Origin: a virus
Length of the DNA stretch: 64,000 nt
Strand: one strand, 5' to 3'
IMG/VR virus record: IMGVR_UViG_3300020406_000005
Coordinates: 1 to 64,000 of that record
The position numbers were made by a program, and so were the translations under genes. Each line of letters begins with the position of its first letter. Position 1 is the stretch's first letter. Positions 23,972-34,014 of the stretch are shown one piece after another. A model generated the notes under the pieces. It was not told the origin of the DNA and made no database searches. It saw nothing but the letters and a program-made list of their open reading frames with translations.

Positions 23972-26635
23972 CTATTCTAATCTTATAAGACCGGTCGATA
24001 ATTTGAAAAGAGACTGTACATTTTGTAATCTCTTTATGTCCTTTACAATTCTTGACTTAACATTCTCTGGAGTGTTCATGTCTCCTGGTGTGGACGGTAT
24101 GAATTTGATTGCTAGGCCAGCGATGTATCTGCCTTCGGCAACCTTTTGATTTCTAATCGCCACTGTCACAATTGTGACGTTAGGAAGTGCGCGTAGGTCT
24201 GCCAGAATGTCATCCAAGCCTCTTGATTTTCCCGCATCTGCGGATAAGTTATAAGCTATCATACAATAAAATTTATAAATCCCTCTTTGCCTGGATCTAC
24301 CTTTTTCTTCCTTAATGTTTATTTGTTCTTTAATACTATCATAAAATTTATCTTTTGTCATTATGTTTTTCCCAAAATATTTGTTAACTTCTTCCATAAG
24401 GTCAAAGACCTCAGGACCTCCTAGTTTTACTAATTTTTTTTGTTGGGCAAGCCACTGTAGTGCTAGATTACGAATGTCTCTTAAAGTCTGCGCTCTTTCG
24501 TTGCCCGACTGGGTGTGAAACATTGGGTCTTTTCCTGTTTTCTTTCTGTACTCCCCTTCTAGCTCTTTTGCAAATACAGAGTCGAGGATTCCCTTATCAA
24601 CAAGATACTTGGAAACTTCTACACTAATATTTCCATCATCAGCTGCCTGTTTAAGGGCTCTTGCCAACATCTTGCCGCGTGGATTAAAAACGACACCCGC
24701 AGATCCCTTTGAATTAGAGAACGCATCGGTGGCAAGTGTCTGCGACCTTATACTTTGGTTGTCCCTGTCTTCCACATTTAACAATTTGATTTTGCTAGAA
24801 TCACTAACATTTCTATTGCTTATGATATCCACTATGTTATTTCGGGACATCTGCATGTATCTGTTATCTTCTACATCTCTGATAATCTTATCTACCAATT
24901 CATCAGACATCGCTGTGGAACCTGCTATGTAGCTGTTCAAGCCTCGGCTTTCTCCATATGTGACCTTGAAGACTTTGTCTCTCTGTAGATCATATATTTT
25001 TGTTACTTGCTCTTCTATGGCGCCCTTACTTTTAAGATAAGCTTGAACAATATGTCCGAATGGCATGCCAAAGCGCCGGATCACTTGAGAACCGACATTG
25101 TTCATAGAATAACGGTTCAAGTTTCGTTTTAAAAACTCATCACTTAAAATGTGTTCTATTATCTGCTCTTTTATGTTTTGGTCTGTATCTTTTCCTTCCA
25201 TAAAGGCCTGCATGTAATACATCTTCTCTTCACCTATTTTTCCAGTGGTGAGATCACTAGATAATTCCGACCATGCCGCTGTTGCGAGCTTTGCGGAGTC
25301 TATATGGGCTGGGCGCGCAGGTGGAAAAGGATCCGACACCAACACTTCTTTGACACGAACACCCAAAGTATCTAATGGTAGCGCTACCTTTAATAGCCTA
25401 ATCCTAATATCTTCGTTCATATTTTTGTTTCTGCACATTACATCAATAAATTTTCTTTTCATGTCGCGGCCAAGAGGCTCAGGGTCGTCTTCCATATCCA
25501 GTTTATCTTCTATCTTATCTAGAATAAAACTAAGAGCCTCTTGATTATCAGAGTGCCTGGCCAGCTCAAGACTCTGCTCTGTCGATAGTTTGCCCTCTCG
25601 AAAAAGTCTATTTACCTCTTCTATGCTTAATATGTTTAAATAATCAGTGGTATTCTCATAATCAAGGCCAGAGGACTGAAGCCACTGCTTTATCATCGGT
25701 CGATACTTTTCGATGGGAACCTCATTTTGGTTTCCCTTAATCTGATATACTTTTTTATTACTATTTACAACGTCTATTGTTGCATGAGGCTTGTTTCCTG
25801 GTGACCTTAAAGAATATATGGTCATGTTGCCCTTGGTGACGGTATCACAATATCCTCCAACGCAATGACCCATGGCACAACCTTCAATGTCTAGATCGTT
25901 TATTTTGTCTCGGATTGAAAACTCAGGCCGCTCAGATGGATCTACTCCTTTCTCATCAAAATACGAGTGAAATTCTTGCAACTCCTCATAATTATGTGCC
26001 CAACCACAACGAAGGCCTTCTTCTTTTGTATAATCTCTTTCGCCCGCTGTAGGGTCGACCTCAACTATAGAATAGCCATTTTTAAATTTATAAACTACTT
26101 TTTTACCGATATAGTTTAGCTTGCCTGCCGGCAGCTCTTCTTTCCCGACAACGCCGGCAGCGAGCCTTTCGTGCCACTCAAGAGACAAGTCATGCAGCTG
26201 ATAGAAACCTAGACTCCACAACTCTTTTGGCAGTTCAGTCGAGGCATTAAGATAATCTGTGATAATCCTCACGTCGTTGTTATAAGTTACAAGGTTCTCA
26301 AAAGCTGCGGCCGGCACTGGCTTGTGCTTTCCATCAGTTTCCTCATAATATATTGAGTTGGCCAACCATTTGGCAAACCTTTTCCTGTCTTTGTTGGGAA
26401 AGTGGTTATCTGGTAGAGATTCCATCCAAGATACCAACTCATGAGGGAAAATAGGATTAGGATACTCGGGATCACGTTCTAATTGTTGTATTCTTAAAAA
26501 GAAATCTCGGGGAGATTCATCTGGTTCCGGGGGAACTTCTTTTTTTATGTAGTCAACATTTACATTTCTCAGTATCTTTGCGTCTTTTGGAGCCTCAGCA
26601 AGGAAGGACCTCCACCTTTTATAAAAATCTGCCAT
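23972..26635 (-). CDS. large protein with PcfJ-like domain
   Basis: EGCAMGHCVGGY, IYSLR, PHATI, QIKGNQN motifs. Confidence 0.75.
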   Translation of the reverse strand: MADFYKRWRSFLAEAPKDAKILRNVNVDYIKKEVPPEPDESPRDFFLRIQQLERDPEYPNPIFPHELVSWMESLPDNHFPNKDRKRFAKWLANSIYYEETDGKHKPVPAAAFENLVTYNNDVRIITDYLNASTELPKELWSLGFYQLHDLSLEWHERLAAGVVGKEELPAGKLNYIGKKVVYKFKNGYSIVEVDPTAGERDYTKEEGLRCGWAHNYEELQEFHSYFDEKGVDPSERPEFSIRDKINDLDIEGCAMGHCVGGYCDTVTKGNMTIYSLRSPGNKPHATIDVVNSNKKVYQIKGNQNEVPIEKYRPMIKQWLQSSGLDYENTTDYLNILSIEEVNRLFREGKLSTEQSLELARHSDNQEALSFILDKIEDKLDMEDDPEPLGRDMKRKFIDVMCRNKNMNEDIRIRLLKVALPLDTLGVRVKEVLVSDPFPPARPAHIDSAKLATAAWSELSSDLTTGKIGEEKMYYMQAFMEGKDTDQNIKEQIIEHILSDEFLKRNLNRYSMNNVGSQVIRRFGMPFGHIVQAYLKSKGAIEEQVTKIYDLQRDKVFKVTYGESRGLNSYIAGSTAMSDELVDKIIRDVEDNRYMQMSRNNIVDIISNRNVSDSSKIKLLNVEDRDNQSIRSQTLATDAFSNSKGSAGVVFNPRGKMLARALKQAADDGNISVEVSKYLVDKGILDSVFAKELEGEYRKKTGKDPMFHTQSGNERAQTLRDIRNLALQWLAQQKKLVKLGGPEVFDLMEEVNKYFGKNIMTKDKFYDSIKEQINIKEEKGRSRQRGIYKFYCMIAYNLSADAGKSRGLDDILADLRALPNVTIVTVAIRNQKVAEGRYIAGLAIKFIPSTPGDMNTPENVKSRIVKDIKRLQNVQSLFKLSTGLIRLE

Positions 26636-26693
26636 ATTAAGATTATAACCTTTTTATAGTAAATAGTAAAGGCGGAGGTTAAGGGTTTAATAA

Positions 26694-27119
26694 TTAATTG
26701 ATTTGGATTGATACAGGCTTGGCCTCAGGACGCGGGGGGACGCGGACTGACAGCAATCCATTTTCAAAATTTGCTTGTGCTTGCGACAAATCTAAATTAT
26801 TATCGTAATTAACATAAGTTCTAGTAAAATTTCTTCGGGCAATCCTTTGCCTTTTAGAATTCTCCTCACTGGCTTTGCCAGAGATTGTGATCGACTTCTT
26901 ATCAGGTTGAATGTCAATAGCTAGCTCTTTCTTCTTAAAGCCGGCCAAGGCGAATTCCAACACAGTAGAGCCATCATCATCTCGATAAATGTCGGCAACG
27001 GGATAGCCCTGCGTAGAAGCTTTGAGATGCATTGGAAAATCATTAAAGAAATTATCAAAGACCTCGTTAATAACATTGTGCCCTAAAAGTCCTGGGCGGT
27101 GGATTGTAATTGCATTCAT
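26694..27119 (-). CDS. small heat-shock protein Hsp20 (IbpA-like)
   Basis: GYPVADI, LEFALAGF, IARRNF, ANFENGLL; AGGAGG SD before ATG 27119. Confidence 0.92.
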   Translation of the reverse strand: MNAITIHRPGLLGHNVINEVFDNFFNDFPMHLKASTQGYPVADIYRDDDGSTVLEFALAGFKKKELAIDIQPDKKSITISGKASEENSKRQRIARRNFTRTYVNYDNNLDLSQAQANFENGLLSVRVPPRPEAKPVSIQIN

Positions 27120-27185
27120 TTTATATTCCTCCTTTTTAAGCAAGTTACATATTTTGTAACCAAGCTCCTTTCGGCAGCCTAGCTA
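27120..27185 (-). promoter_or_regulatory. ROSE-like RNA thermometer candidate in the hsp20 5' UTR
   Basis: CUUGCUU-AAA-AAGGAG hairpin occluding the SD, plus two upstream hairpins. Confidence 0.55.
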
Positions 27186-27216
27186 CAGTATTAATATAAA
27201 CACGATTTTTTTAATG

Positions 27217-27552
27217 TCAATAAAAAATTTGAATTATCATAATAATAATCGTAAGGGCTAGACATATTAATGTCTTTGGGGTAAACATAGTTTCACCTAA
27301 AAGATACCATGTTAGAATTGGAAAAATTATAAGACCCGTGCAAGAAGCTAAAAATCTAGCTGACCAAGCCGAATCTGTTGCTTCAACAATAAACTTCCAG
27401 CCATACCAAAACATAACCGACGTAGGAACGCCCATCACTATTGCTGAGAGGATCGCCTTATCTTTCCAGTATTCTGAAATAGACTGAGAATTTAATTGAA
27501 ACCATCCTAGAGTCTGACCCACAAAAAATAGCAATATCCCTAGATATATCAC
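27217..27552 (-). CDS. four-helix membrane protein (DMT/SMR-like)
   Basis: Four hydrophobic segments; LLGE turn before the last helix. Confidence 0.65.
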   Translation of the reverse strand: MIYLGILLFFVGQTLGWFQLNSQSISEYWKDKAILSAIVMGVPTSVMFWYGWKFIVEATDSAWSARFLASCTGLIIFPILTWYLLGETMFTPKTLICLALTIIIMIIQIFY

Positions 27553-27556
27553 TTTT

Positions 27557-27898
27557 TTAGTGACTCCAAATTCCCGTATTGTTGAATATAACCCTGTTGG
27601 ATCTTTCTACGGTTTTTGACATGTATAAGATATTCTTGAACTCACTACTATCTAAATACACAACTTGTAATTTTTCGCTACTAGCCTCCTCAAGTATATC
27701 CTCAAATAAAAATTTTAAAGAAATGGCGTGAGATGTGTGTTCAAGTAGTAATGATTTTTCTGCCAAGGAAAGTGGGTAAGCACCTGACATGACGTCTTCT
27801 GTTAGTGCATTCAGCCTATAATAAATAGGCAAAGTAGCGTCATATATGACTTGTATCACAGATACTTTTACGGGTGTTTTTTTATCTTTATTAGACAC
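27557..27898 (-). CDS. hypothetical protein
   Basis: ORF track. Confidence 0.7.
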   Translation of the reverse strand: MSNKDKKTPVKVSVIQVIYDATLPIYYRLNALTEDVMSGAYPLSLAEKSLLLEHTSHAISLKFLFEDILEEASSEKLQVVYLDSSEFKNILYMSKTVERSNRVIFNNTGIWSH

Positions 27899-28139
27899 CT
27901 ATATGCTCCAGCAGATCGGTGTACCCCCCAACTTGTTTAACCATTCCAGTTTTCAAATTATTTGAAAGCACAATTGGTACGGTCTCCTGATTGTGAAACA
28001 CTTTATATTCCTCTAGAATCTGCCTGTCTTCTTCATAATCAAGAAAAATATACTGCCCCCCTTTGGCTACAAGTACATCTTGTGCCATTATACAAAATGG
28101 ACAACTAGAGCGGCCAATAATTATATATCTCTCATCCAT
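27891..28139 (-). CDS. glutaredoxin
   Basis: CPFC, TVP, VGGYTDL. Confidence 0.9.
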   Translation of the reverse strand: MDERYIIIGRSSCPFCIMAQDVLVAKGGQYIFLDYEEDRQILEEYKVFHNQETVPIVLSNNLKTGMVKQVGGYTDLLEHIGV

Positions 28140-28419
28140 TTAATATCTTACTCTTTGATTGTGAATTTAGCTTATTAAAAATTTCTTCTGCAGATCCAAG
28201 AATAATTATTTCTTCCAATTTATTAAAATTAGAAATTTTTAAGAGAGAGAAGCTGTTGCCAGAATAGTTATGATTATCTTCAGATAACAAAAAATCCTTC
28301 ACACCCCTATAGTCTGTAATACTTACTACATGATCTGAGTTAACATACACTCGGTCTAACGAAATATTTCTCTTGTATCCTTCGTTTATAATATTCAGCT
28401 TTTTTAATTCTACTAACAT
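28132..28419 (-). CDS. hypothetical protein
   Basis: ORF track. Confidence 0.7.
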   Translation of the reverse strand: MLVELKKLNIINEGYKRNISLDRVYVNSDHVVSITDYRGVKDFLLSEDNHNYSGNSFSLLKISNFNKLEEIIILGSAEEIFNKLNSQSKSKILNG

Positions 28420-28689
28420 TTACGATCCTACACTCTTTAGTACAAAGGCACCAATGAGACCTACAACAGTTGTGAAGAGGGTCCAAATCATTCTTGATGA
28501 TGTATGTTTCCAGGACTCTAACTCTCTAAGTCTTGCATATAATCCCTGGTCGGGGTTATAGACTGCCTCTTTTATTTTTGCGATGTCTTCAGACATCTCT
28601 TCCTGTTTGCCCTGCAATACATCAATGCCGTTACAAACTTTATCTATTTTAGATGTTAATTCTAATACGTGGTCTTGATTCTCCGACAT
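28420..28689 (-). CDS. coiled-coil + C-terminal TM protein (holin/XhlA-like architecture)
   Basis: Heptad region, RLRELE, single C-terminal TM helix; CTATTTA motif upstream. Confidence 0.6.
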   Translation of the reverse strand: MSENQDHVLELTSKIDKVCNGIDVLQGKQEEMSEDIAKIKEAVYNPDQGLYARLRELESWKHTSSRMIWTLFTTVVGLIGAFVLKSVGS

Positions 28690-28719
28690 GAAAAAATCCC
28701 TCCGAAACTAAATAGTTTC

Positions 28720-30288
28720 TTATGAATCAACAATACTATGGTTTGTCAATAAAAGAGTGCCGGCGACGGAGACCGCGTTCTTAAGTGCGCATCTAGTTAC
28801 CTTAGCAGGGTCTATAATCCCAGATTGAATTAAGTTTTTACTGGAGCCGGAGTAAAAATCTATACCAGTTTCAAGTTCTTTGTCTTTTATCATCCACATA
28901 GTCACATCTGGTGACATTCCAGAGTTTGTTGCCATTGTTCTGAAGGGCGCTTCAAGAGCACGCTTGAAGATATTCAAGGCTGAAGCCTGCTCTTCGTTTT
29001 CAAAATTAGGAGATAAAATTTGTGAAGCTTTCAAGAACATGACACCGCCGCCAGGAACGACACCCTCGGACTGGGCAGAGCGCACTGCTTCTAGGGCATC
29101 TTCGATCCTATGCTTCTTCTCTATCATCTCTACTTCAGAAGAAGCACCGACACGGATAATAGCAACCCCAGAAGAGAGGCGAGTAATACGATCCTGGAGT
29201 CGTTGTGCCACATGTAAGTCATCAATTTCTCTAATTTCGTTTTTGAGTTTGTCAATTGTTTCTTCAATTTTTTCAAAATTCCCATCTCCGTCTACAACAG
29301 TAGTCAAATTTTTACCGATCTCGATCGTAGCAGCTTTACCGAAATCTGTCAAGGCAACTTCGGTGATTTTGTCTCCCATAGATCTTTGAAAAAATTTAGC
29401 CCCCGTAGAAATTGCCAGATCACTCAATATGGCGCGCCGTTCTTCACCGTAACAAGGCGGTTTAACCGCAGCCACCTTCATTGAGCCTCTGACAGTATTC
29501 ATAATTAGTGCCGCCAAAGCTTGACCGGCAACTTCTTCAGCTACGATAACAAGAGGCCGGCTTTCCCGGGCGGCGATCTCTAAGGCAGGAAGTATTTGAT
29601 TTACTTGATCTATCTTTTCGTCCGTGATAAGAAAAATAGGCCCGTCAAAACGACAAACATTTCTTCTCTCGTCTGTTACAAATGCAGTTGCGACATAGCC
29701 TCCATCAAATCTGAACCCTTCGACCAACTCCAAGCTAGTTTCTTGTGAACGGGCCTCTTCGATAGTGATGGAACCATTTTTCCCTACCTTGTCTACCGCA
29801 GTAGATACGAGTTCACCTATTGATCTGTCGTTATTAGCTGAAATTGTTGCTATATTCATAACATCCTCCTTGGAAGAAATCGGCTTAGAATTGTCCGAAA
29901 TAAACATCATCACGTCCTGCATACAGTTTTCTAGACCGCGCTTAATCTCGATGGGGGAGATGCCTGACTCTATATGTTTATTAGCCTGCACGAGCAATTC
30001 TCGCGCTAGGACTGTGCTTGTGGTTGTCCCGTCTCCGGCTTCAGAGTTTGTCATCGCTGACACCTGTTTTACAATCTGTGCACCAGCATTCATGTGCGGA
30101 TCTTCAAAAGATATATTTTGCGCGACTGTGACACCATCTTTGGTCACAAAGGGAGTATTTCCTGATTTATGTATTAAAACGTTTTGCCCCTTGGGTCCCA
30201 GTGTGGTTGCAACATAGTTTGCTAAGACGTTTACTCCCTCTATTAATTTACGGCGGAGGGCAGGGCCGTGGTCTAGGTGCGTTTTCAT
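28720..30288 (-). CDS. groEL: chaperonin GroEL
   Basis: TLGPKG, TKDGVTVA, GDGTTT, GVVPGGG, IDPAKV; lacks GGM tail. Confidence 0.96.
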   Translation of the reverse strand: MKTHLDHGPALRRKLIEGVNVLANYVATTLGPKGQNVLIHKSGNTPFVTKDGVTVAQNISFEDPHMNAGAQIVKQVSAMTNSEAGDGTTTSTVLARELLVQANKHIESGISPIEIKRGLENCMQDVMMFISDNSKPISSKEDVMNIATISANNDRSIGELVSTAVDKVGKNGSITIEEARSQETSLELVEGFRFDGGYVATAFVTDERRNVCRFDGPIFLITDEKIDQVNQILPALEIAARESRPLVIVAEEVAGQALAALIMNTVRGSMKVAAVKPPCYGEERRAILSDLAISTGAKFFQRSMGDKITEVALTDFGKAATIEIGKNLTTVVDGDGNFEKIEETIDKLKNEIREIDDLHVAQRLQDRITRLSSGVAIIRVGASSEVEMIEKKHRIEDALEAVRSAQSEGVVPGGGVMFLKASQILSPNFENEEQASALNIFKRALEAPFRTMATNSGMSPDVTMWMIKDKELETGIDFYSGSSKNLIQSGIIDPAKVTRCALKNAVSVAGTLLLTNHSIVDS

Positions 30289-30355
30289 AATAATTTCCTT
30301 TCAAAAGTACACGTATATTATACCATGATATCTTAAAATGTAAAGTATATTTTTA

Positions 30356-30832
30356 TTATTCTGAGGCTTTTGAGTCGTCTATTTCGCCTTGTTGAATATC
30401 GAATTCGGTCTCGATGGGCTTGATCACCCAAATTACGACTAAGGAATTTTCTTCTCTAGATTGAGGAATTTGCCATGAATTAGCGAGATTGTTTAACTGC
30501 TTATTTTCTACGAACTGTGGGACTAATTTTACATCCGATGCCGATGCAAAATTTTCTAGGTGACTTTCAATTTCTGACTTCTTTATATTAGCATCGTAAA
30601 AGGATGCTAGTGTAACAGCATTAGCTTTTTCGCTCTCTGCAACTTGCTTGGAGGTGGGGTAGTTATCAAAAGACTGGAGAGTCGTAGATAAGTGTATCCT
30701 TGGCAGAAGGCTTTTCATATGGTCGAAGAGCTTACTTCCTACCTTTTGTTGCCTGGTTTCTTTAAAAAAGGGCTTCCTAGGAGAAAAACTTTCATTTAGA
30801 AAATTTTCCCAATTAGACATTATTCTCTTCAT
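30356..30832 (-). CDS. hypothetical protein (MKRIMSNWENFLNE leader)
   Basis: ORF track. Confidence 0.7.
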   Translation of the reverse strand: MKRIMSNWENFLNESFSPRKPFFKETRQQKVGSKLFDHMKSLLPRIHLSTTLQSFDNYPTSKQVAESEKANAVTLASFYDANIKKSEIESHLENFASASDVKLVPQFVENKQLNNLANSWQIPQSREENSLVVIWVIKPIETEFDIQQGEIDDSKASE

Positions 30833-30833
30833 G

Positions 30834-32540
30834 CTATATCTCGTCCGAAGAAATAAAATCTGAATCTGGTGCTGAAGTGTCGGCGGTAATGTTTTCTTTC
30901 ATCTGGTCTTGAATTGTTTCTGTGTGGCCGATTGCTCTCTGGCCCGCATTCATTGCGGCGCCGCGTGATGGAAAAGTAACATATTTATTAATATCCTCCG
31001 TCAGTTCCGAAAACGCCTTGAATAAAACTTGAAACTTTTCTCTGACGGTATCCATATGCATCACTGCAACGTCGATGATTTGTTCTCTGCTTGCCGGTAG
31101 TGTGCCCAATTGTTGTAATTCAATAACTCCCCTGCTTGACAGAAATTCAACCTGCTTTGTGGATATCGTCCATCCTGTGGCGCCTTCAGACTTTTGCCTT
31201 TCCGAAACCTGACCTTTCTTAGGTGGCATCAGGTCACCGAGTTCTGCAAACATAGCATCATAGTCCATGCCGCGCTTTTTCTTGGCCGGCGTGGTAGCGT
31301 CGGAAACTTGATTATCATCTTCTTGAGGCGAAGAAGAGTCTGTGGCGGGTTGCTCCTGTTCTGGGTCCTCTTGGTCTTGAAACAACGGATTTCTAATTTT
31401 TCCAGTGTAGCCGGCGCAGTGTTGCAACAGTGTATAAAGCATTGTTGGATCGTCGAGGTGCGCTTTTAAAATTGCTATATCATCCGAAGAGTCTAAAACT
31501 TTCAGGTCCTTACCCGTTGTAAATCCCCTCTCGACTCTGCCAACTAATTCAGGAAAGCTAGCTAAAATTCTGTCCCTGAATTCTGATTTAAAAGTAAATT
31601 GACTTAAGCCGTGTTTCTTTTGCTTTGCGGACTTCTCTCTTGTTTTCTTATCAATTATTTTGCCAGAGGTGAGGGTGAATAAATCAATAAAATTTCTTTG
31701 ATTTATGTCAAAAGATTCTATGGAAATTGAATCTACAGTTACCTTTCCGCCTTTTTTTGCGCTGCTATTCTTTCTAGCGACAACATAATTTACTGCGCCG
31801 CCTTTATCAGCATAATCGTCAAAGAGAGCATCTATCAAGTTGGTGAAGCTGCCCTCAACGTGTGTATCTGGGCTTAATAGCTTGAGACTCACGGGCACTT
31901 GTCCAGAGTCGTCCTTCAATTCTGAAAATGCGATCAAATCTTGAATTGGAAGGTTTCCTTTATCGGATCTTTCTGCCTCTTGCCTACCCTGCAAGAGTGC
32001 TGCTAGCCACCCTTCAAAGACAAAGCCAGCTGAAGCTTCATTAAATGAATAGATCAAAGCAGACAGAGCTTCCAGAATCAACAGAGACGCGATGACTCTA
32101 CGTGGTGATTCTATTTTGCTTGTCGGAGATGTAATCCTTTGTAAAAATTCTAATTTTTTTTGCACTGAGCGGCCTCCGCCCATGACAGCAAAAATTCTAT
32201 TTATAGTCTTTCTATCTGCAGTTGTTGGATCTCCCCATGCTTCTGTTGGCACAAAAGAGGGTAGAGACAATATAAACTTTTCTGCTTCTTTTCTCTGTTT
32301 TTTTGTGACTTTTTCTTGAATACTGCTTTCAGTTATTAGATTGCTAATTCCGGAAAGGATCATTTCATCTAAAATTTTGTAATCATCTTCTTCTAAAGAG
32401 TTTTGTGATGAGCTTGTTCCAAGAATAGAAGGAGAGAGAGATTCGTAAACCTCCTCAAAAAGTTGAAATAAATCTTTCATTTCGGAAATAGCTTTATTTT
32501 TTTTCACGTTTTTAGATAAAAATTCTTCATGCCAAGACAT
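30834..32540 (-). CDS. hypothetical (putative virion) protein
   Basis: 568-aa ORF; AAGGAG SD; CTAATTA motif upstream. Confidence 0.75.
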   Translation of the reverse strand: MSWHEEFLSKNVKKNKAISEMKDLFQLFEEVYESLSPSILGTSSSQNSLEEDDYKILDEMILSGISNLITESSIQEKVTKKQRKEAEKFILSLPSFVPTEAWGDPTTADRKTINRIFAVMGGGRSVQKKLEFLQRITSPTSKIESPRRVIASLLILEALSALIYSFNEASAGFVFEGWLAALLQGRQEAERSDKGNLPIQDLIAFSELKDDSGQVPVSLKLLSPDTHVEGSFTNLIDALFDDYADKGGAVNYVVARKNSSAKKGGKVTVDSISIESFDINQRNFIDLFTLTSGKIIDKKTREKSAKQKKHGLSQFTFKSEFRDRILASFPELVGRVERGFTTGKDLKVLDSSDDIAILKAHLDDPTMLYTLLQHCAGYTGKIRNPLFQDQEDPEQEQPATDSSSPQEDDNQVSDATTPAKKKRGMDYDAMFAELGDLMPPKKGQVSERQKSEGATGWTISTKQVEFLSSRGVIELQQLGTLPASREQIIDVAVMHMDTVREKFQVLFKAFSELTEDINKYVTFPSRGAAMNAGQRAIGHTETIQDQMKENITADTSAPDSDFISSDEI

Positions 32541-32560
32541 AGTACATTCTCCTTTCTTAA

Positions 32561-33238
32561 TTAGATAATTTCATCAGCAATTCCCATTTTAATTGCTTCT
32601 TCTGCAGAGATGTACACATCTTTTTGTGTTTTTAACATCTTTTTAATTTTAGACGGAGTTAATTTTGTGTATGAGGAAAGACACTGTATATACCTTTCTT
32701 GCACCCATTTTATCTCCTCTAATTCATTTTCCATCGAAAGTATCGTTCCACCGGTGCCTGACATGACGCTGTGTAACATAATCCTGCAGTTTTTGCCGAC
32801 TCTTCGATGACCTTTTGTCCCGGCAGCCAGGACTGGTACCCCGGCTGACATCACTTTTCCTATTCCATAAGTGTGAATGTCACATGTATTTTTCTTCACC
32901 ATGTCCATGACGTCCAAAATAGAAAACATTTCTGATGCTGAGCCGCCGTATGTTGATACCATTAATGATATTGGGCGCGATATTACAACTTCCTCACTAT
33001 CTGGGTCTTTTGAGTCTCTTCTGCCAATCGTATGGGCAGTGTTCTCTAAAAACAATAGAGCGCCGACTGTATCGGAACCCTTTTTTTCAGTTATATCCCC
33101 GTACAAGTTTATAGTTCTTAGCTCTGGATCTTGGGAGCTTGGCGCCTGGATATTGTTAACTATTACTAGTTTTTGATCTTCTTTCTTTTTTGAAGACTTG
33201 CCCTTTTTCTTTTCTTTTTTTTCTTGAGATTTTGGCAT
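32561..33238 (-). CDS. clpP: ClpP-family protease subunit
   Basis: STYGGS, catalytic MSAG, MLH, DVYISAEEAIKMGIADEI. Confidence 0.9.
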   Translation of the reverse strand: MPKSQEKKEKKKGKSSKKKEDQKLVIVNNIQAPSSQDPELRTINLYGDITEKKGSDTVGALLFLENTAHTIGRRDSKDPDSEEVVISRPISLMVSTYGGSASEMFSILDVMDMVKKNTCDIHTYGIGKVMSAGVPVLAAGTKGHRRVGKNCRIMLHSVMSGTGGTILSMENELEEIKWVQERYIQCLSSYTKLTPSKIKKMLKTQKDVYISAEEAIKMGIADEII

Positions 33239-33298
33239 ACTTTTCCCTTTTCGCTTAGTTTATCATATTATAGCAAATTTTTTAGAAATAGTCAACAA

Positions 33299-33330
33299 AT
33301 AAAAAACCCCGCAGTAAGCGGGGTTTTGTT
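33299..33330. terminator. intrinsic terminator
   Basis: AAAAAACCCCGC-AGTAA-GCGGGGTTTT. Confidence 0.85.
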
Positions 33331-33355
33331 TATCCTAATAGCAGACTAGGAAACC

Positions 33356-33943
33356 TTACTTGCTCTTCTTTGCAAGTATTCTTTTTGTAACCCTCTTGAG
33401 AACTTCTTGTACAAGATCTTCTTGCATCACCGGATTGTCATAGCTCTTTGCGGCCATATCATCTTCTTCACCAGCGCCTTCGAGATCATCATCCATACCG
33501 GCCATATCGTCGTCCATGTCACTCATGTCGTCGTCCATGTCCCCCATGTCATCGTCGCTTGCCATGGCGGCGGTTAGCCTCTCACCAAGATCAATTAGCA
33601 ACTGAGCTTCTTCTTCTGTGAGGCTAATATCTGCAGCGCCAGGGCCCTCATCTCCCATCATTGGCTCTTCGGCCGGGTCGTCGAGGTCGTCTTCAAGATC
33701 AAGGTCGTCGTCACCTTCTTCCTGTTCTTCGATGGCCTCTTCTTCCTGTTCTTCGATGGTCTCTTCTTCCTGTTCTTCGAGGGTCTCTTCAGCTTCAGCT
33801 TCAGAATTCTCCTTTACTTCGTCTTCTTCGTGCTTTTTATAAACACTCATTTCAGAGATAAAGTTATCTGTTAAAGATTCAACATTTGCAAGTTTCATGA
33901 ATCTTCTGATTGTGTTTTCTTTTAGTAATCTGCTATCACTCAT
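33356..33943 (-). CDS. highly acidic protein (scaffold/internal-head-like) with internal tandem repeats
   Basis: EEQEEE x3 and DDDMxxM x3; LLKENTIRRFMKLA N-terminus. Confidence 0.75.
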   Translation of the reverse strand: MSDSRLLKENTIRRFMKLANVESLTDNFISEMSVYKKHEEDEVKENSEAEAEETLEEQEEETIEEQEEEAIEEQEEGDDDLDLEDDLDDPAEEPMMGDEGPGAADISLTEEEAQLLIDLGERLTAAMASDDDMGDMDDDMSDMDDDMAGMDDDLEGAGEEDDMAAKSYDNPVMQEDLVQEVLKRVTKRILAKKSK

Positions 33944-34014
33944 TTTTTATAGTTCTCCTTTTCAGAATAGTGATTATGGGTATCTGTTACAAATATAAAT
34001 AGTTATTGGCTGTG

